DNA of 64,000 bases from an uncultured Chloroflexia bacterium (GTDB lineage: Bacteria > Chloroflexota > Limnocylindria > Limnocylindrales > CSP1-4): positions 32,001 through 96,000 of the forward strand of contig CAVYIM010000003.1 in assembly GCA_963768655.1 (NCBI GenBank), read 5' to 3'. The position numbers and the translations under genes were made by a program. This document shows positions 29,101 to 37,150 of the stretch, in pieces. The notes beneath the pieces were generated by a model. That model made no database searches. It saw only the letters and a program-made list of their open reading frames with translations, and was not told the DNA's origin. The first letter of the stretch is position 1. The number at the start of each line of letters is the position of its first letter.

Positions 29101-29154
29101 CCCGGGACGTTCGAGTGGTCCTGGACGATCGCACCGTTGAGGCCGCAGGCCTGA
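26122..29154 (+). CDS. lacZ: Beta-galactosidase, glycoside hydrolase family 2 (LacZ-like)
   Basis: EDQDQWW, RGVNRHD, NAVRTSHYP, WSLGNES (acid/base), MCEYSHAMGNS (nucleophile), YGGDF and YVRPQENG. Confidence 0.93.
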   Translation: MLSRPWATPELTSVGRLPMHSVVHVDRIALDGRWQFQLLHTPEEELAAQWSEVDVPGCWTMQGFFDLPHYTNVQMPFSGKPPQLPPVNPTGVYERDFELPAGWVAGRRVVLHVGAAESVLIAAVNGQQVGISKDSHLAAEFDVTSIVRPGANSISLRVVKWSDATYIEDQDQWWHGGITRSVYLYATPRIHLADVRVNAGLADDLRTGTFELVADVDFGGADEEAGWTIEAKLGDLAPLAAAVPFAGVRPGGRVSRADMAPLSRHRFAIVAKRASVGLEGPEEARWQALAPQLHPPVDGRAALRTEIAGVRQWSAEQPHLYPLHVALRSPSGETFEQLDLRVGFRRVEIVGRDLLINGAAVLIRGVNRHDFDQYAGRVISAESMRADLVAMKQFGFNAVRTSHYPNDPVFLDLTDELGLYVIAEADIESHAFIDELCNDPRYLNAWVDRAARLVRRDKNHASVIVWSLGNESGHGVNHDAEAGYIRRYDPSRPLHYEGAIRWDWSSDQKVSDITCPMYPPISAIVAHAGSGRQRHPLIMCEYSHAMGNSNGTLAEYWDAIESTDGLQGGFIWEWWDHGLVQRLPDGATRWAYGGDFDDEPNDGNFCLDGLNWPDRRPKPALWEHRQLAAPVRVSASPEALREGSVEVSNRQYFTGLGWLRARWELTADGEIVAGGELPLPEVAPGAGATVRLPGWKAPASDVRELWLMLRFRTAAAEAWAPAGFEVGWAQLLVAPGTPELARPSARPVPGGEVELDAEGLLVHEFLAGAPRLSLWRAPTDNDRIAGLAARWRELGVDRLSRTLKEIRREAHGPVVVAEVRTATGIAVAHEERFEALEGGGILVHETVRIPEELSDLARVGIVLETVPGFEQVEWLGRGPMETYPDRRRSGALGRWQSTVSELYVPYVRPQENGGRADVRWIELSDGQGRGLRFGFDRPRQVSATHFRAEDLAAAAHDVELVARAETIVHLDAAHRGLGTASCGPDTLPEYLVGPGTFEWSWTIAPLRPQA

Positions 29155-30221
29155 CGTCCCGCCGTCCGTCCCGCGCCGCCCGCCCGGCGCCCCGCGTCCC
29201 GCTAGCGCCCGCGGCCCCGCCGCCCCGCTAACGGCCGCCCAGGCGGATCAGGATGATCGAGACCTCATACAGGCCGTACATGACCACGGCCATGACGATG
29301 GGACTGACGAAGTCCGCGCCCGGGGTGACGAGCTCGGAGAAGATCACGATCCCGAGGACGGCGATGCGGCGCGAGCTGCGCAGCCGGGCGGAGGTGACGA
29401 TGCCGACCTTGGACAGCAGGACGAGAACGATCGGGAACTCCATCACCACCCCGAAGGCGATGAAGAGGACGGTGACGAAGCCGAAGTAGGCGTCGGCGGT
29501 CAGCATCAGCTTGATGTCTTTGGTCTGGAAGCCATACAGGAAGCCCGAGGCGTAGGGCAGGATGAAGTACGCCACGCCTACGCCGAGGGCGAAGAAGACC
29601 ATCGCCGCGGGCACCCAGGGCCGGGCGGCCGATCGTTCGGCGGGTGTCAGCCCCGGCGATATGTAGCGCCAGAACTGGTACAGGATCACCGGCATGGCCA
29701 GGATGAACCCGACCGTGACCGCCACTTCGAGGTGGATCATGAAGGGCTCCGTCAGGCCCAGGGCGATGAGCGGCTCGGTGGTCGGCAGCGGCGCCTTTAG
29801 GATCTCGATCAGCCGATCGGACACGAGAAAGCCGATGATCGTGCCCGGCACGAGGCTGAAGATCGAGATGAAGAAGCGGTTGCGCAGCTCGATCAGGTGG
29901 GCGGCGAGGGTCATGGCCGACTTGTCGAGCGGTTCGGGAGCGGGGGCCTCGTGGCGGCGGCGGAACGGCAGGTGCAGCCAGCCTCCTCGTCGGGCCGCCG
30001 GGCCGGCGACCGGGGCCGGGCCGCTCTGCAGTTGGTAGTTCGGATCCATCATCGGTCCCAAGCTAAGCCGCACCCCCCCGGGGAGTCGCCCGGGTCGGGA
30101 GTGACCCAAGCGCACCCGCGCAGGGCCAAGTATGCCTGTCGCGGGCCCTGGGCAACTGGCGCACGCCCGCTCGGGCCGGCGGGGGAGATCGGCCGGCCCG
30201 GTCCCGATGGGGCGGAGGTCA
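29130..30221 (+). repeat. 1,092-bp direct repeat, copy 2 (contains tatC, the last codons of the GH2 gene and the galK stop)
   Basis: Near-identical to 18214-19305. Confidence 0.95.
29228..30052 (-). CDS. tatC: Sec-independent protein translocase TatC (copy 2)
   Basis: Protein identical to the 18312 copy. Confidence 0.95.
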   Translation of the reverse strand: MMDPNYQLQSGPAPVAGPAARRGGWLHLPFRRRHEAPAPEPLDKSAMTLAAHLIELRNRFFISIFSLVPGTIIGFLVSDRLIEILKAPLPTTEPLIALGLTEPFMIHLEVAVTVGFILAMPVILYQFWRYISPGLTPAERSAARPWVPAAMVFFALGVGVAYFILPYASGFLYGFQTKDIKLMLTADAYFGFVTVLFIAFGVVMEFPIVLVLLSKVGIVTSARLRSSRRIAVLGIVIFSELVTPGADFVSPIVMAVVMYGLYEVSIILIRLGGR

Positions 30222-31442
30222 TGCGTCCGGCTCGACCTCGCCGGCGCCGTCGACGGCGGCGACGATGTAGACGCGAGGCTTGAGCCCGGTCCGCTTCTGA
30301 TACTGGGCCAGCACGGCGTCGCGCAGAGCCTCCTCGGCCCCGTGCTTCACGAGGCTGACCGTGCAGCCTCCGAAGCCTGCGCCTGTCATCCGGCTGGCGA
30401 CCACGCCGGGGACCGCGACGGCGATGTCCACCATGGCGTCGAGTTCCGCGGAGCTCACCTCATAGAGGTCGCGCAGCGACGCGTGGGAGGCGGCGAAGAG
30501 CCGTCCAAGCGCCGCGAGGTCCCCATCCCGGAGGGCGACCACGGTGTCCATGACGCGCCCGTCTTCGCGGACGACGTGCTCGCAGCGGCGGGCCACGACC
30601 TCGGGCAGCCGGTCGCGGTTGCGCTCCAGCATCGCCTCGTCGACGTCGCGCAGGGATTCGACGCCCGGTTCGCGCTCCGCGATCAGCCTCACGCCCAGTT
30701 CGCACTCGGAGCGTCGAGTGTTGTAGGCGGAGGCCTCCAGCCGGCGCGACGAGCCGGTTTCGCAAACGACGAGCGAAAGCCCGGGCGGCATTGGCGCGGT
30801 CTCGAACTGGTTCGTCCGACAGTCGATCAGGAGGGCGTGACGGGCCCGGCCGGCAGCGCTGGCGAACTGATCCATGATCCCGCAGTTGACGCCGACGTAG
30901 CGGTTCTCGCCCCGCTGGGCGATGGCTGCCATGGCACCGGCGTCCGGCCGCGATGCGCCGGGAACGGCGAGGGCCCAGGTCGAGGCCATCTCGAGCGCGG
31001 CCGACGAGCTCAGCCCCGACCCGATCGGAATGGTGGAGTCCATCGCGCCCCGAAAGCCACGAACAGCCAGGCCCGCATCGCGCATCGCCCAGGCGGTGGC
31101 GGCGACGTAGTCGATCCAGGACTTTGCGCCGCGCGTCTCCGGCGAGAGGCCTTCCAGGGAGAAGGAACGCGTCTCGCCGAACTCGGCGGAGGTCAGCTCC
31201 ACCTCGGGTCGATCCCACGGCCTGAACGCGATCCAGACCTCGCGATCGATGGCGGCCGGCAGGACCAATCCCTGGTTGTAGTCGGTGTGCTCGCCAATGA
31301 GATTGACGCGCCCGGGTGCGCGAACCAGCTGGGCGGGCCCGGAGGGCTCGGTTCCGGCTCCGGCCGGCAGCGCCTCGAGCCTGGCTCGCAGGGCGGCGGC
31401 CCGCGCCGCGGCCGAAGGGTTGCCGGTTTGCCCGTCGCTCAT
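30219..31442 (-). CDS. galK: Galactokinase
   Basis: APGRVNLIGEHTDYN, PIGSGLSSSAA, CGIMDQ and RMTGAGFGGC. Confidence 0.97.
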   Translation of the reverse strand: MSDGQTGNPSAAARAAALRARLEALPAGAGTEPSGPAQLVRAPGRVNLIGEHTDYNQGLVLPAAIDREVWIAFRPWDRPEVELTSAEFGETRSFSLEGLSPETRGAKSWIDYVAATAWAMRDAGLAVRGFRGAMDSTIPIGSGLSSSAALEMASTWALAVPGASRPDAGAMAAIAQRGENRYVGVNCGIMDQFASAAGRARHALLIDCRTNQFETAPMPPGLSLVVCETGSSRRLEASAYNTRRSECELGVRLIAEREPGVESLRDVDEAMLERNRDRLPEVVARRCEHVVREDGRVMDTVVALRDGDLAALGRLFAASHASLRDLYEVSSAELDAMVDIAVAVPGVVASRMTGAGFGGCTVSLVKHGAEEALRDAVLAQYQKRTGLKPRVYIVAAVDGAGEVEPDA

Positions 31443-31578
31443 TCCGTTCGCTCCTTGGCTGTGCGGCCGCCGCTATCGAATTCGGTCGAGCCAGGCCCGG
31501 TCTCGACTCGCTCAGGGGCGCGATGGTCGTGGCGCGAGGCCGGGATGTGGGACAGGACCGAGCCCGTGCGATTGGCCT

Positions 31579-32031
31579 TCAGCCAGCGCTCGAGGGCGTG
31601 GGGGGTTGCTGCTCGCCCGGGCTCGGCACTGGCTCGGCGGCCGGAATGACAGGCACGGGCGCAGCCGGCGCGGGCTCGACGGCACCCATGACAGGGTAGT
31701 TGACCGGGGCAGGCGCGACCGTGCCCATGACCGGGTAATTGACAGGAGCGGGGACAGGCGCCGCCGGGTACGCCGGCCCGGCCGCGTAGTAAGACTGGGG
31801 CGGTGGGGTGGGCTGCCCCGGTTGCTGCATCGGCTGGGGGGTACTCGCGGGCGGCGCCAGCGTCCCGGCCATCGCTCCGGTCACCGTATCGGTGATCCCC
31901 GAAGTGGCCTTCTGGAACTCCCGGACGCTCCGCCCGATCGCGGCGCCCACTTCGGGCAGCTTTCCTGGTCCCACCACGATCAGCGCGACCAGCATGATGA
32001 TGAAGAGGTGGGCGGGTGAAAGGCCCATCAT
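31579..32031 (-). CDS. tatA: TatA/TatB-family translocase subunit with long Pro-rich tail
   Basis: MMGLSPAHLFIIMLVALIVVGPGKLPEVGAAIGRSVREFQKA, with RBS AAGGA. The tail has duplicated PAPVNYPVMG. Confidence 0.9.
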   Translation of the reverse strand: MMGLSPAHLFIIMLVALIVVGPGKLPEVGAAIGRSVREFQKATSGITDTVTGAMAGTLAPPASTPQPMQQPGQPTPPPQSYYAAGPAYPAAPVPAPVNYPVMGTVAPAPVNYPVMGAVEPAPAAPVPVIPAAEPVPSPGEQQPPTPSSAG

Positions 32032-32077
32032 GTGGTTCCTTCTCTTCCTTGTTTGTCGTCGAGAGCAGCGCCGCTCG

Positions 32078-33130
32078 TCAGTCGGTCGATTGGGCGGCCC
32101 GGAGATCTGCGCCGTGGATTGCCGATCGTAGTCGTTCCGCGGCATCTTCGGCGGTTATGTCGCGCTGAGGCTCGGAAAGAAGCTCGTAGCCGACCATGAA
32201 CTTGCGAACCGTCGCCCGCAGCAGCGGCGGATAGAAGTGGGCGTGGAGCTGCCAGTGAGGACGGTCGGCGCCGTCGAACGGCGCCTGGTGCCATCCCATC
32301 GAGTAGGGGAACGGTGCCTCGAACAGCCCGTCGTAGCCGCGCAGCAGCCCGATGAGCCGCTCGGCCAGGGAGTCGCGGGCGCGATCGTCGAGCTCCGGAA
32401 GCCGCGAGACGGGCCGTCGCGGGATGAGCAATGTCTCGAACGGCCACGTTGCCCAGTACGGGACGAGGGTCAGCCAGTCATCGTCGCTTTCGAGCACCCT
32501 GGGCCCACCGGCCTCCTGGTCGGCATAGTCGAGCAAGAGCCGCCGGCCGGTGGCCTCGAAGTGGCGTCGCCCGGTCGCGTCCTCCTTCTCGGCCTCCCGC
32601 GGGAGAGCGTCCCCGGCCCAGATCTGGCCGTGCGGATGCGGGTTCGAGGCCCCCATGGCCGAGCCGCGATTCTCGAAGACCTGGACCCACTCGAATTGTT
32701 CGCCGAGAGACGTCGTCTGGTTTGCCCACAGATCCACGACGGTCCGCACCTGGCCGGCGCTCATTCGCGACAGGCTCAAGTCGTGGCGCGGCGAGAAGCA
32801 GATGACCCGGCAGGTGCCGCGTTCGCTCTCCGCACGGAGCAGGCCGTCGTGTACCGACACGCCCGGCAAGTCCGGTCGCAGGGCGGCGAAGTCGTTGGTA
32901 AACACGAAGGTGGAGCCATATGCCGGGTTCCGTTCACCATTGGCCCGCGTGTTGCCCGGGCACAGGTAGCACGACGGGTCGTATTCGGGCAGGTCCACTG
33001 GCTGAGGCACTTCTTCGCGGCCGAGCCACGGGCGGCTCGTCCGTTCAGCCGAAACCAGCAGCCACTCGTCGGTGAGGGCGTTGTATCGACGATGCGGTTG
33101 TGACAGGAGGGCAGCCGCGGACAGGTCCAT
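32078..33130 (-). CDS. galT: Galactose-1-phosphate uridylyltransferase
   Basis: [32 protein letters not shown] active-site motif and VRKFMVGYE. Confidence 0.97.
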   Translation of the reverse strand: MDLSAAALLSQPHRRYNALTDEWLLVSAERTSRPWLGREEVPQPVDLPEYDPSCYLCPGNTRANGERNPAYGSTFVFTNDFAALRPDLPGVSVHDGLLRAESERGTCRVICFSPRHDLSLSRMSAGQVRTVVDLWANQTTSLGEQFEWVQVFENRGSAMGASNPHPHGQIWAGDALPREAEKEDATGRRHFEATGRRLLLDYADQEAGGPRVLESDDDWLTLVPYWATWPFETLLIPRRPVSRLPELDDRARDSLAERLIGLLRGYDGLFEAPFPYSMGWHQAPFDGADRPHWQLHAHFYPPLLRATVRKFMVGYELLSEPQRDITAEDAAERLRSAIHGADLRAAQSTD

Positions 33131-33380
33131 GCTCAAGCCTGCCCTTCGAGGATGCGCAAACCGGCGAGCCGGCCTTGCCCAACATGGATGGATGGGACAG
33201 CGCGTGCCGTGGACAGTTCGTCGACACGCTCACTGGTAACGGCCGGAGGCCGCCTGGTTGGAGCGGGTCTGTGGATGCCCGCTACCGGTACGCGCGCCTG
33301 CTCCGTCTCTCTCTCAAATGGCTCGTGACGCAATCCGTCTCCGGTCAAATGGCGTGCCTATCCGGCCCCGCGCTTTCTCA

Positions 33381-33505
33381 ATCCTGCCGCAGTCAACAGG
33401 TTAAGTCAACGTTTTCCACCAGAATCGCACGCATTCGAGTGTTGCGCCCTGAGGCGTGGGGCGTTCGGAGCGGCCAATCGCCGCGGCTTGTTGGTTCCTG
33501 TTGAA
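33381..33505. promoter_or_regulatory. galT promoter and putative DeoR operator, paralogous to 20336-20459
   Basis: Leftward TTGACT-N17-CAGGAT (33409 to 33381). The identical 17-mer TGTTGGTTCCTGTTGAA is at 33489-33505, 80 nt from the -35 element (79 nt in the other copy). Confidence 0.7.
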
Positions 33506-33883
33506 GCCGAGCCAGCGATTCGGCAGTCGACGGGGAAGAGCAATGCGTCTTCCACGAGCCATGTGGCGATGGGGTCTCGGCGCATGGCCCGGCGTCGCGA
33601 CGCCCCTCCGCTCCTATGCTGGGACCACGTCGAATCTGGTCGTTTTCTGGCACCCCTACTCCCGCAACGACAGGGGCAGTTCGCTGCCTTACGTGCGCAG
33701 GAGTCCAAAGAAGGCCGATCGACCCTTCGTCTCGTGACGTGGCCGACGAACCGCCGACGCGGCGGGATCGTCGGCGATCAGCGGGGCACACGCCAGTGAG
33801 GATCCCTACTATTGCGCCTCACTTTGGACACGATCCTGCTCTATGACGACGGTTGGTTAACCCGGGCACGGTCTTGGTTCTCA

Positions 33884-35338
33884 TCAGACCTTCGAGTAGA
33901 TCGGGATGTAGCCGAGAGAGTTCCCCGTGGAATCGAAGACCTGGATCTTCTTGACGACCGACCCCACGGGGCCGCTGGCCTCCAGGGCGTTCGGGCAGGT
34001 GAAAGTAATCGCCAATCCTGTGTCGTCTTTGAAGTCTGCGGCACCGTTGCTCGAGAGGTGGACGGTGCCAACCATCAGGTTGCGCCCCTGGTACAGGTGC
34101 AATCCGTAATGGGCGTTGCCGTAGGCTCGCAGGCCGTCGAAGAGGACTCCCGTTGTCGAGCCGAGGGTTACGAGACCGTCCGAGGTGCCCGTCTTGTTGT
34201 TTGCCGAGGTGCAGCCGACGACCTGGCCGTTGGTGCAGTTGTTGAGGACGATACCCGAACTGGCGTTGGTCATGCATGTCGCGCCGGTTATGGTGAAGTT
34301 GGTTACGCCGGAGATGTAGACGCCGCGGCCGGCATTCCGGTGGTAGAGGCCGCCGGTGATCGTGATCTCAGTGTTCCCGTATGACCCGCTTATCGCCAGA
34401 CCGTCTCCGCCGCATCCGGTCACGGTGTTCGGTCCGATGGTGATACTCGAGGAGGCGGTGATCTGCGCCACGACGCCTATTCCGCCGTGCGTGCAGCCGG
34501 CGATCGTGTTCCCCTCGGCCAGTCCACCGATGTTGTCACGGAACAGAACGGCCGCGTTGAAGGAACTGAGGAGGACGCCCCCGACAAGCGTGGGGTGAAT
34601 TGTGTTGTTTGCGATGACCGTGCCAACGCACCCGATCCCCGACTCGATGGCGCTGTCGCCGATCTGGGTCAACGTGTTCCCGATCACCATGTTGCCGTGC
34701 GGCGTCGAAGTCGACGCAGTCGATCCCGCCGACCCGGTGAGGAAGATGCCGTCGTGGGTCGTCCCGTTGACCGTGCAGCCGGTCACGAGGTTTCGTTCGA
34801 GGGCGTCCGAGGAGTTTGCCAGAAGGCCAAGGAACACGCCGTAGCCACAGTTAGCGAAAGCAGAGGCCGAGACCACGTTGTCGCTGCCGCCAATGAACTG
34901 GACGCCATGCCCGGAAGCCGGCATGTTCCGAATGTGAACACGTTCTATCCGACACCGGCGGGGGCGCGTACCTTTGACACCCGATGCCAGTCCATTCGGA
35001 GTGTTGGCCTCGTTCCCATCGAGCGTCAGCCCGAGAATGGCGACATCGGCGGCGTCGTCCGGCAGGGCGATGATGTCTGCGGTCATCGCGGGCAGCCGGA
35101 ACAGCGTTGCCCCTGTCCCATGAATGGTCTGGCCCGATAGAGGGATCACGGCGGAGGAGACGCGGTATGTCCCGGCCGGGAAGTGGAGCATCCCGCCCAC
35201 GCCGGCAGCGACGATCGCGGTCCGGATGGCCGCCGTGTCGTCTGTGGTGCCGTCGCCGGCAGCGCCGTAGGAACGGACGCTCGTCCAAGCCGATTCGGGC
35301 GAGGGGTCGTGAGCAGCGAGGTTGCCCTGGAGGGTCAT
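33884..35338 (-). CDS. Right-handed parallel beta-helix (pectate-lyase-3/tailspike-like) protein
   Basis: SVRSYGAAGDGTTDDTAAIRTAI...LHFPAGTYRV start and Asn/Gly/Cys-rich PbH1-like repeats. C-terminus KKIQVFDSTGNSLGYIPIY, with no signal peptide. ATG at 35338 has a GAGG RBS. Confidence 0.85.
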   Translation of the reverse strand: MTLQGNLAAHDPSPESAWTSVRSYGAAGDGTTDDTAAIRTAIVAAGVGGMLHFPAGTYRVSSAVIPLSGQTIHGTGATLFRLPAMTADIIALPDDAADVAILGLTLDGNEANTPNGLASGVKGTRPRRCRIERVHIRNMPASGHGVQFIGGSDNVVSASAFANCGYGVFLGLLANSSDALERNLVTGCTVNGTTHDGIFLTGSAGSTASTSTPHGNMVIGNTLTQIGDSAIESGIGCVGTVIANNTIHPTLVGGVLLSSFNAAVLFRDNIGGLAEGNTIAGCTHGGIGVVAQITASSSITIGPNTVTGCGGDGLAISGSYGNTEITITGGLYHRNAGRGVYISGVTNFTITGATCMTNASSGIVLNNCTNGQVVGCTSANNKTGTSDGLVTLGSTTGVLFDGLRAYGNAHYGLHLYQGRNLMVGTVHLSSNGAADFKDDTGLAITFTCPNALEASGPVGSVVKKIQVFDSTGNSLGYIPIYSKV

Positions 35339-35686
35339 ATCTAGCCTCAAGTTCGGGTGGGCTGGCGAGGATCAAGCCCTCGCTGCGGCTGGGTCTCGCG
35401 CACAGGTTCACCGGCGTGTCCAGGTGGAGGGTAACTCGTAGGATCCTCGGCCACTGATGGCCGCGGTCCCATCCGCACATGCGAACTCTGGCTTGGCGAG
35501 CCGGACCGCTCGACTCTTCGCCATCGGCGGTCGTGGTGGTGTCCCAGCCGATGCTGCCGGTATCAGCGGCAACCTGACGGTGCTCGGCCCCTCGAGCGCG
35601 GGCTGGGCTCCGGCATCACCGTGAGATCGTGGCCATCGACTCCTTCTACCCTCAACTCCGCGGCCGGACACTCCGAGGCCGACCGG

Positions 35687-36100
35687 TCAGTGCGGCCCGA
35701 CCAGCGTTCCGACAACGAGGCCGATGACAACGACGACCGCGACCAGGACGATGAAGATCGGCCACATCGCAACCTCGAACAGTCGGGCGCGCCGTGAAGG
35801 CAGTGGGGCCGCAGCAGCTCGAGCCTCCTCCGCCCGCAGTCGCGAGGCTCGCGTGGCGCTCATGAGCCAGCGGATCGTAACCCCGATCGGCACGAACGCC
35901 ACCGCCACGACTGGGACGGAGAAGATGCCGAGCCAGTGGGCGGCGTAGACCAATGCGACCACGACGACCACCGTGAGCACAACCCAGGCGAGCCGGCCCA
36001 GCGTCGATCGCCGCGAGCGGCCGGTCCGCCGCTCCCAGAGCAGTATCTGGAGCGATAGGGCGGCCGCTCCGAGCGCCGCAATAGCGATCAGCCACTTCAT
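35687..36100 (-). CDS. Small integral membrane protein (about 4 TM), unknown function
   Basis: MKWLIAIAALGAAALSL start and four hydrophobic segments separated by Arg-rich loops. Confidence 0.65.
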   Translation of the reverse strand: MKWLIAIAALGAAALSLQILLWERRTGRSRRSTLGRLAWVVLTVVVVVALVYAAHWLGIFSVPVVAVAFVPIGVTIRWLMSATRASRLRAEEARAAAAPLPSRRARLFEVAMWPIFIVLVAVVVVIGLVVGTLVGPH

Positions 36101-36310
36101 ATCGGTGCCAAGTCTAGTGTCGAGCCGGGCGGCACCGAGGCCCATGGGCCCACTCTCGGCCTCAGCCGCTCGCCCACAGCCGGCGCTCATCTGCTCCCGG
36201 GGTGTGACTCAGCCGCTCTGGGGGAGTATTGTTTGACACGGCGGTGAAGGTATCTCGACCGCCTCGTAAGACGTGGCCCACGTTACAGTCGGCCCGCAAG
36301 GAGAAACGTC

Positions 36311-36805
36311 ATGCCGTGGGGTCTCACGCCCGCCCACCTCATCATCATTCTCGTGATCGTGCTGATCGTCGTCGGGCCCGGCAAACTGCCGGACACTGGC
36401 GCGGCGCTCGGTAAGGCCCTCCGCGGCTTCAAAGACGCCGTGGAGACAGGCGAGACTCCTCGCGCCGCGACGCCGGACCCGGCCGCTCCGCCGCTCCAGC
36501 CGCAGGCCCCGGTGTACCCGGCGCAGTACGCACCGCCGCAGCCGTACGCGCCCCAGCAGCCAATGCAGCCGTACGCGCCCCAGCAGCCACTGCAGCCGCC
36601 ATACGCGCCCCAGCAGCCACTGCAGCAGCCGTACGCGCCCCAGCAGCAGCCATACGCGCCCCAGCAGCAGCCGTACGCTCAGGCGCCTTACCCGCAGCAG
36701 CCGATGGTGGCTCAACCCTATGCTCCGCCGGCGGGCCAGCCGGCTCCGTTCGTGCCTGCCGATCAGCCGGTTGCGCCGCAGAGTGAGCCGCCCCGCCAGG
36801 GATAA
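36311..36805 (+). CDS. tatA: TatA-family subunit with PYAPQQP-repeat tail
   Basis: GLTPAHLIIILVIVLIVVGPGKLPDTGAALGKALRGFKDA, with RBS AAGGAG. A possible promoter GTGACT-N17-TATTGT lies at about 36203-36231. Confidence 0.9.
   Translation: MPWGLTPAHLIIILVIVLIVVGPGKLPDTGAALGKALRGFKDAVETGETPRAATPDPAAPPLQPQAPVYPAQYAPPQPYAPQQPMQPYAPQQPLQPPYAPQQPLQQPYAPQQQPYAPQQQPYAQAPYPQQPMVAQPYAPPAGQPAPFVPADQPVAPQSEPPRQG
36538..36700 (+). repeat. Coding imperfect tandem repeats (QPYAPQQP)
   Basis: About 5-6 CCRTACGCGCCCCAGCAGC units in the tatA tail. Confidence 0.85.
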
Positions 36806-37150
36806 CCCGGCCGATCAGGCGGCTCGCGGGGGGCGGGTCGTCTATTGCCGGCCACCGTTCTGACCAGTTCGCCGCCGAGATCCCACTGGGCCTCCGCCAT
36901 CTGAGAGTGCGAGCGACGGGTCGAGATCGCGGCGCCGGCGGGAGCACCTCGATCATCGACCCGCCTGTGCCACGCATGGCGGCGCGGTGCGCGGTCGCCG
37001 ATCGAGCCTGCTCGAGCCGGGCGGCCACCGCCGTTTAGGCAGCGCGCCACGTGGCGGCCGGCGACGCTCGAGCCAGCAGAGCGCCTGATCTCCGCGGCGC
37101 CCCCTCCTGCGGCGCCAACTCCGCGGCGCCCCCACCTGGGGCAGGTCCTG

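Noticed and set aside
19359-29154. 13/14-bp inverted match at the cassette ends (TCAAGCCTGCGGCC 19359-19372 vs GGCCGCAGGCCTGA 29141-29154), with both genes ending RPQA*
   Set aside because: The match is short, GC-rich and includes stop codons. It does not coincide with the repeat boundaries, and no mobility gene is present. It is probably chance.
18214-30221. Composite transposon interpretation of the direct repeats
   Set aside because: The repeats encode TatC, not a transposase. I found no target-site duplication, integrase or recombinase.
33133-33846. Small ORFs between galT and the beta-helix gene
   Set aside because: They have no recognisable motifs, convincing RBS or consistent codon pattern. 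The region is better explained as promoter plus degenerate DNA.
36236-36300. Hairpins in the tatA leader as a possible riboswitch
   Set aside because: Short stems are present (GGCGGT/ACCGCC), but they match no riboswitch consensus I know, and such stems are expected at this GC content.
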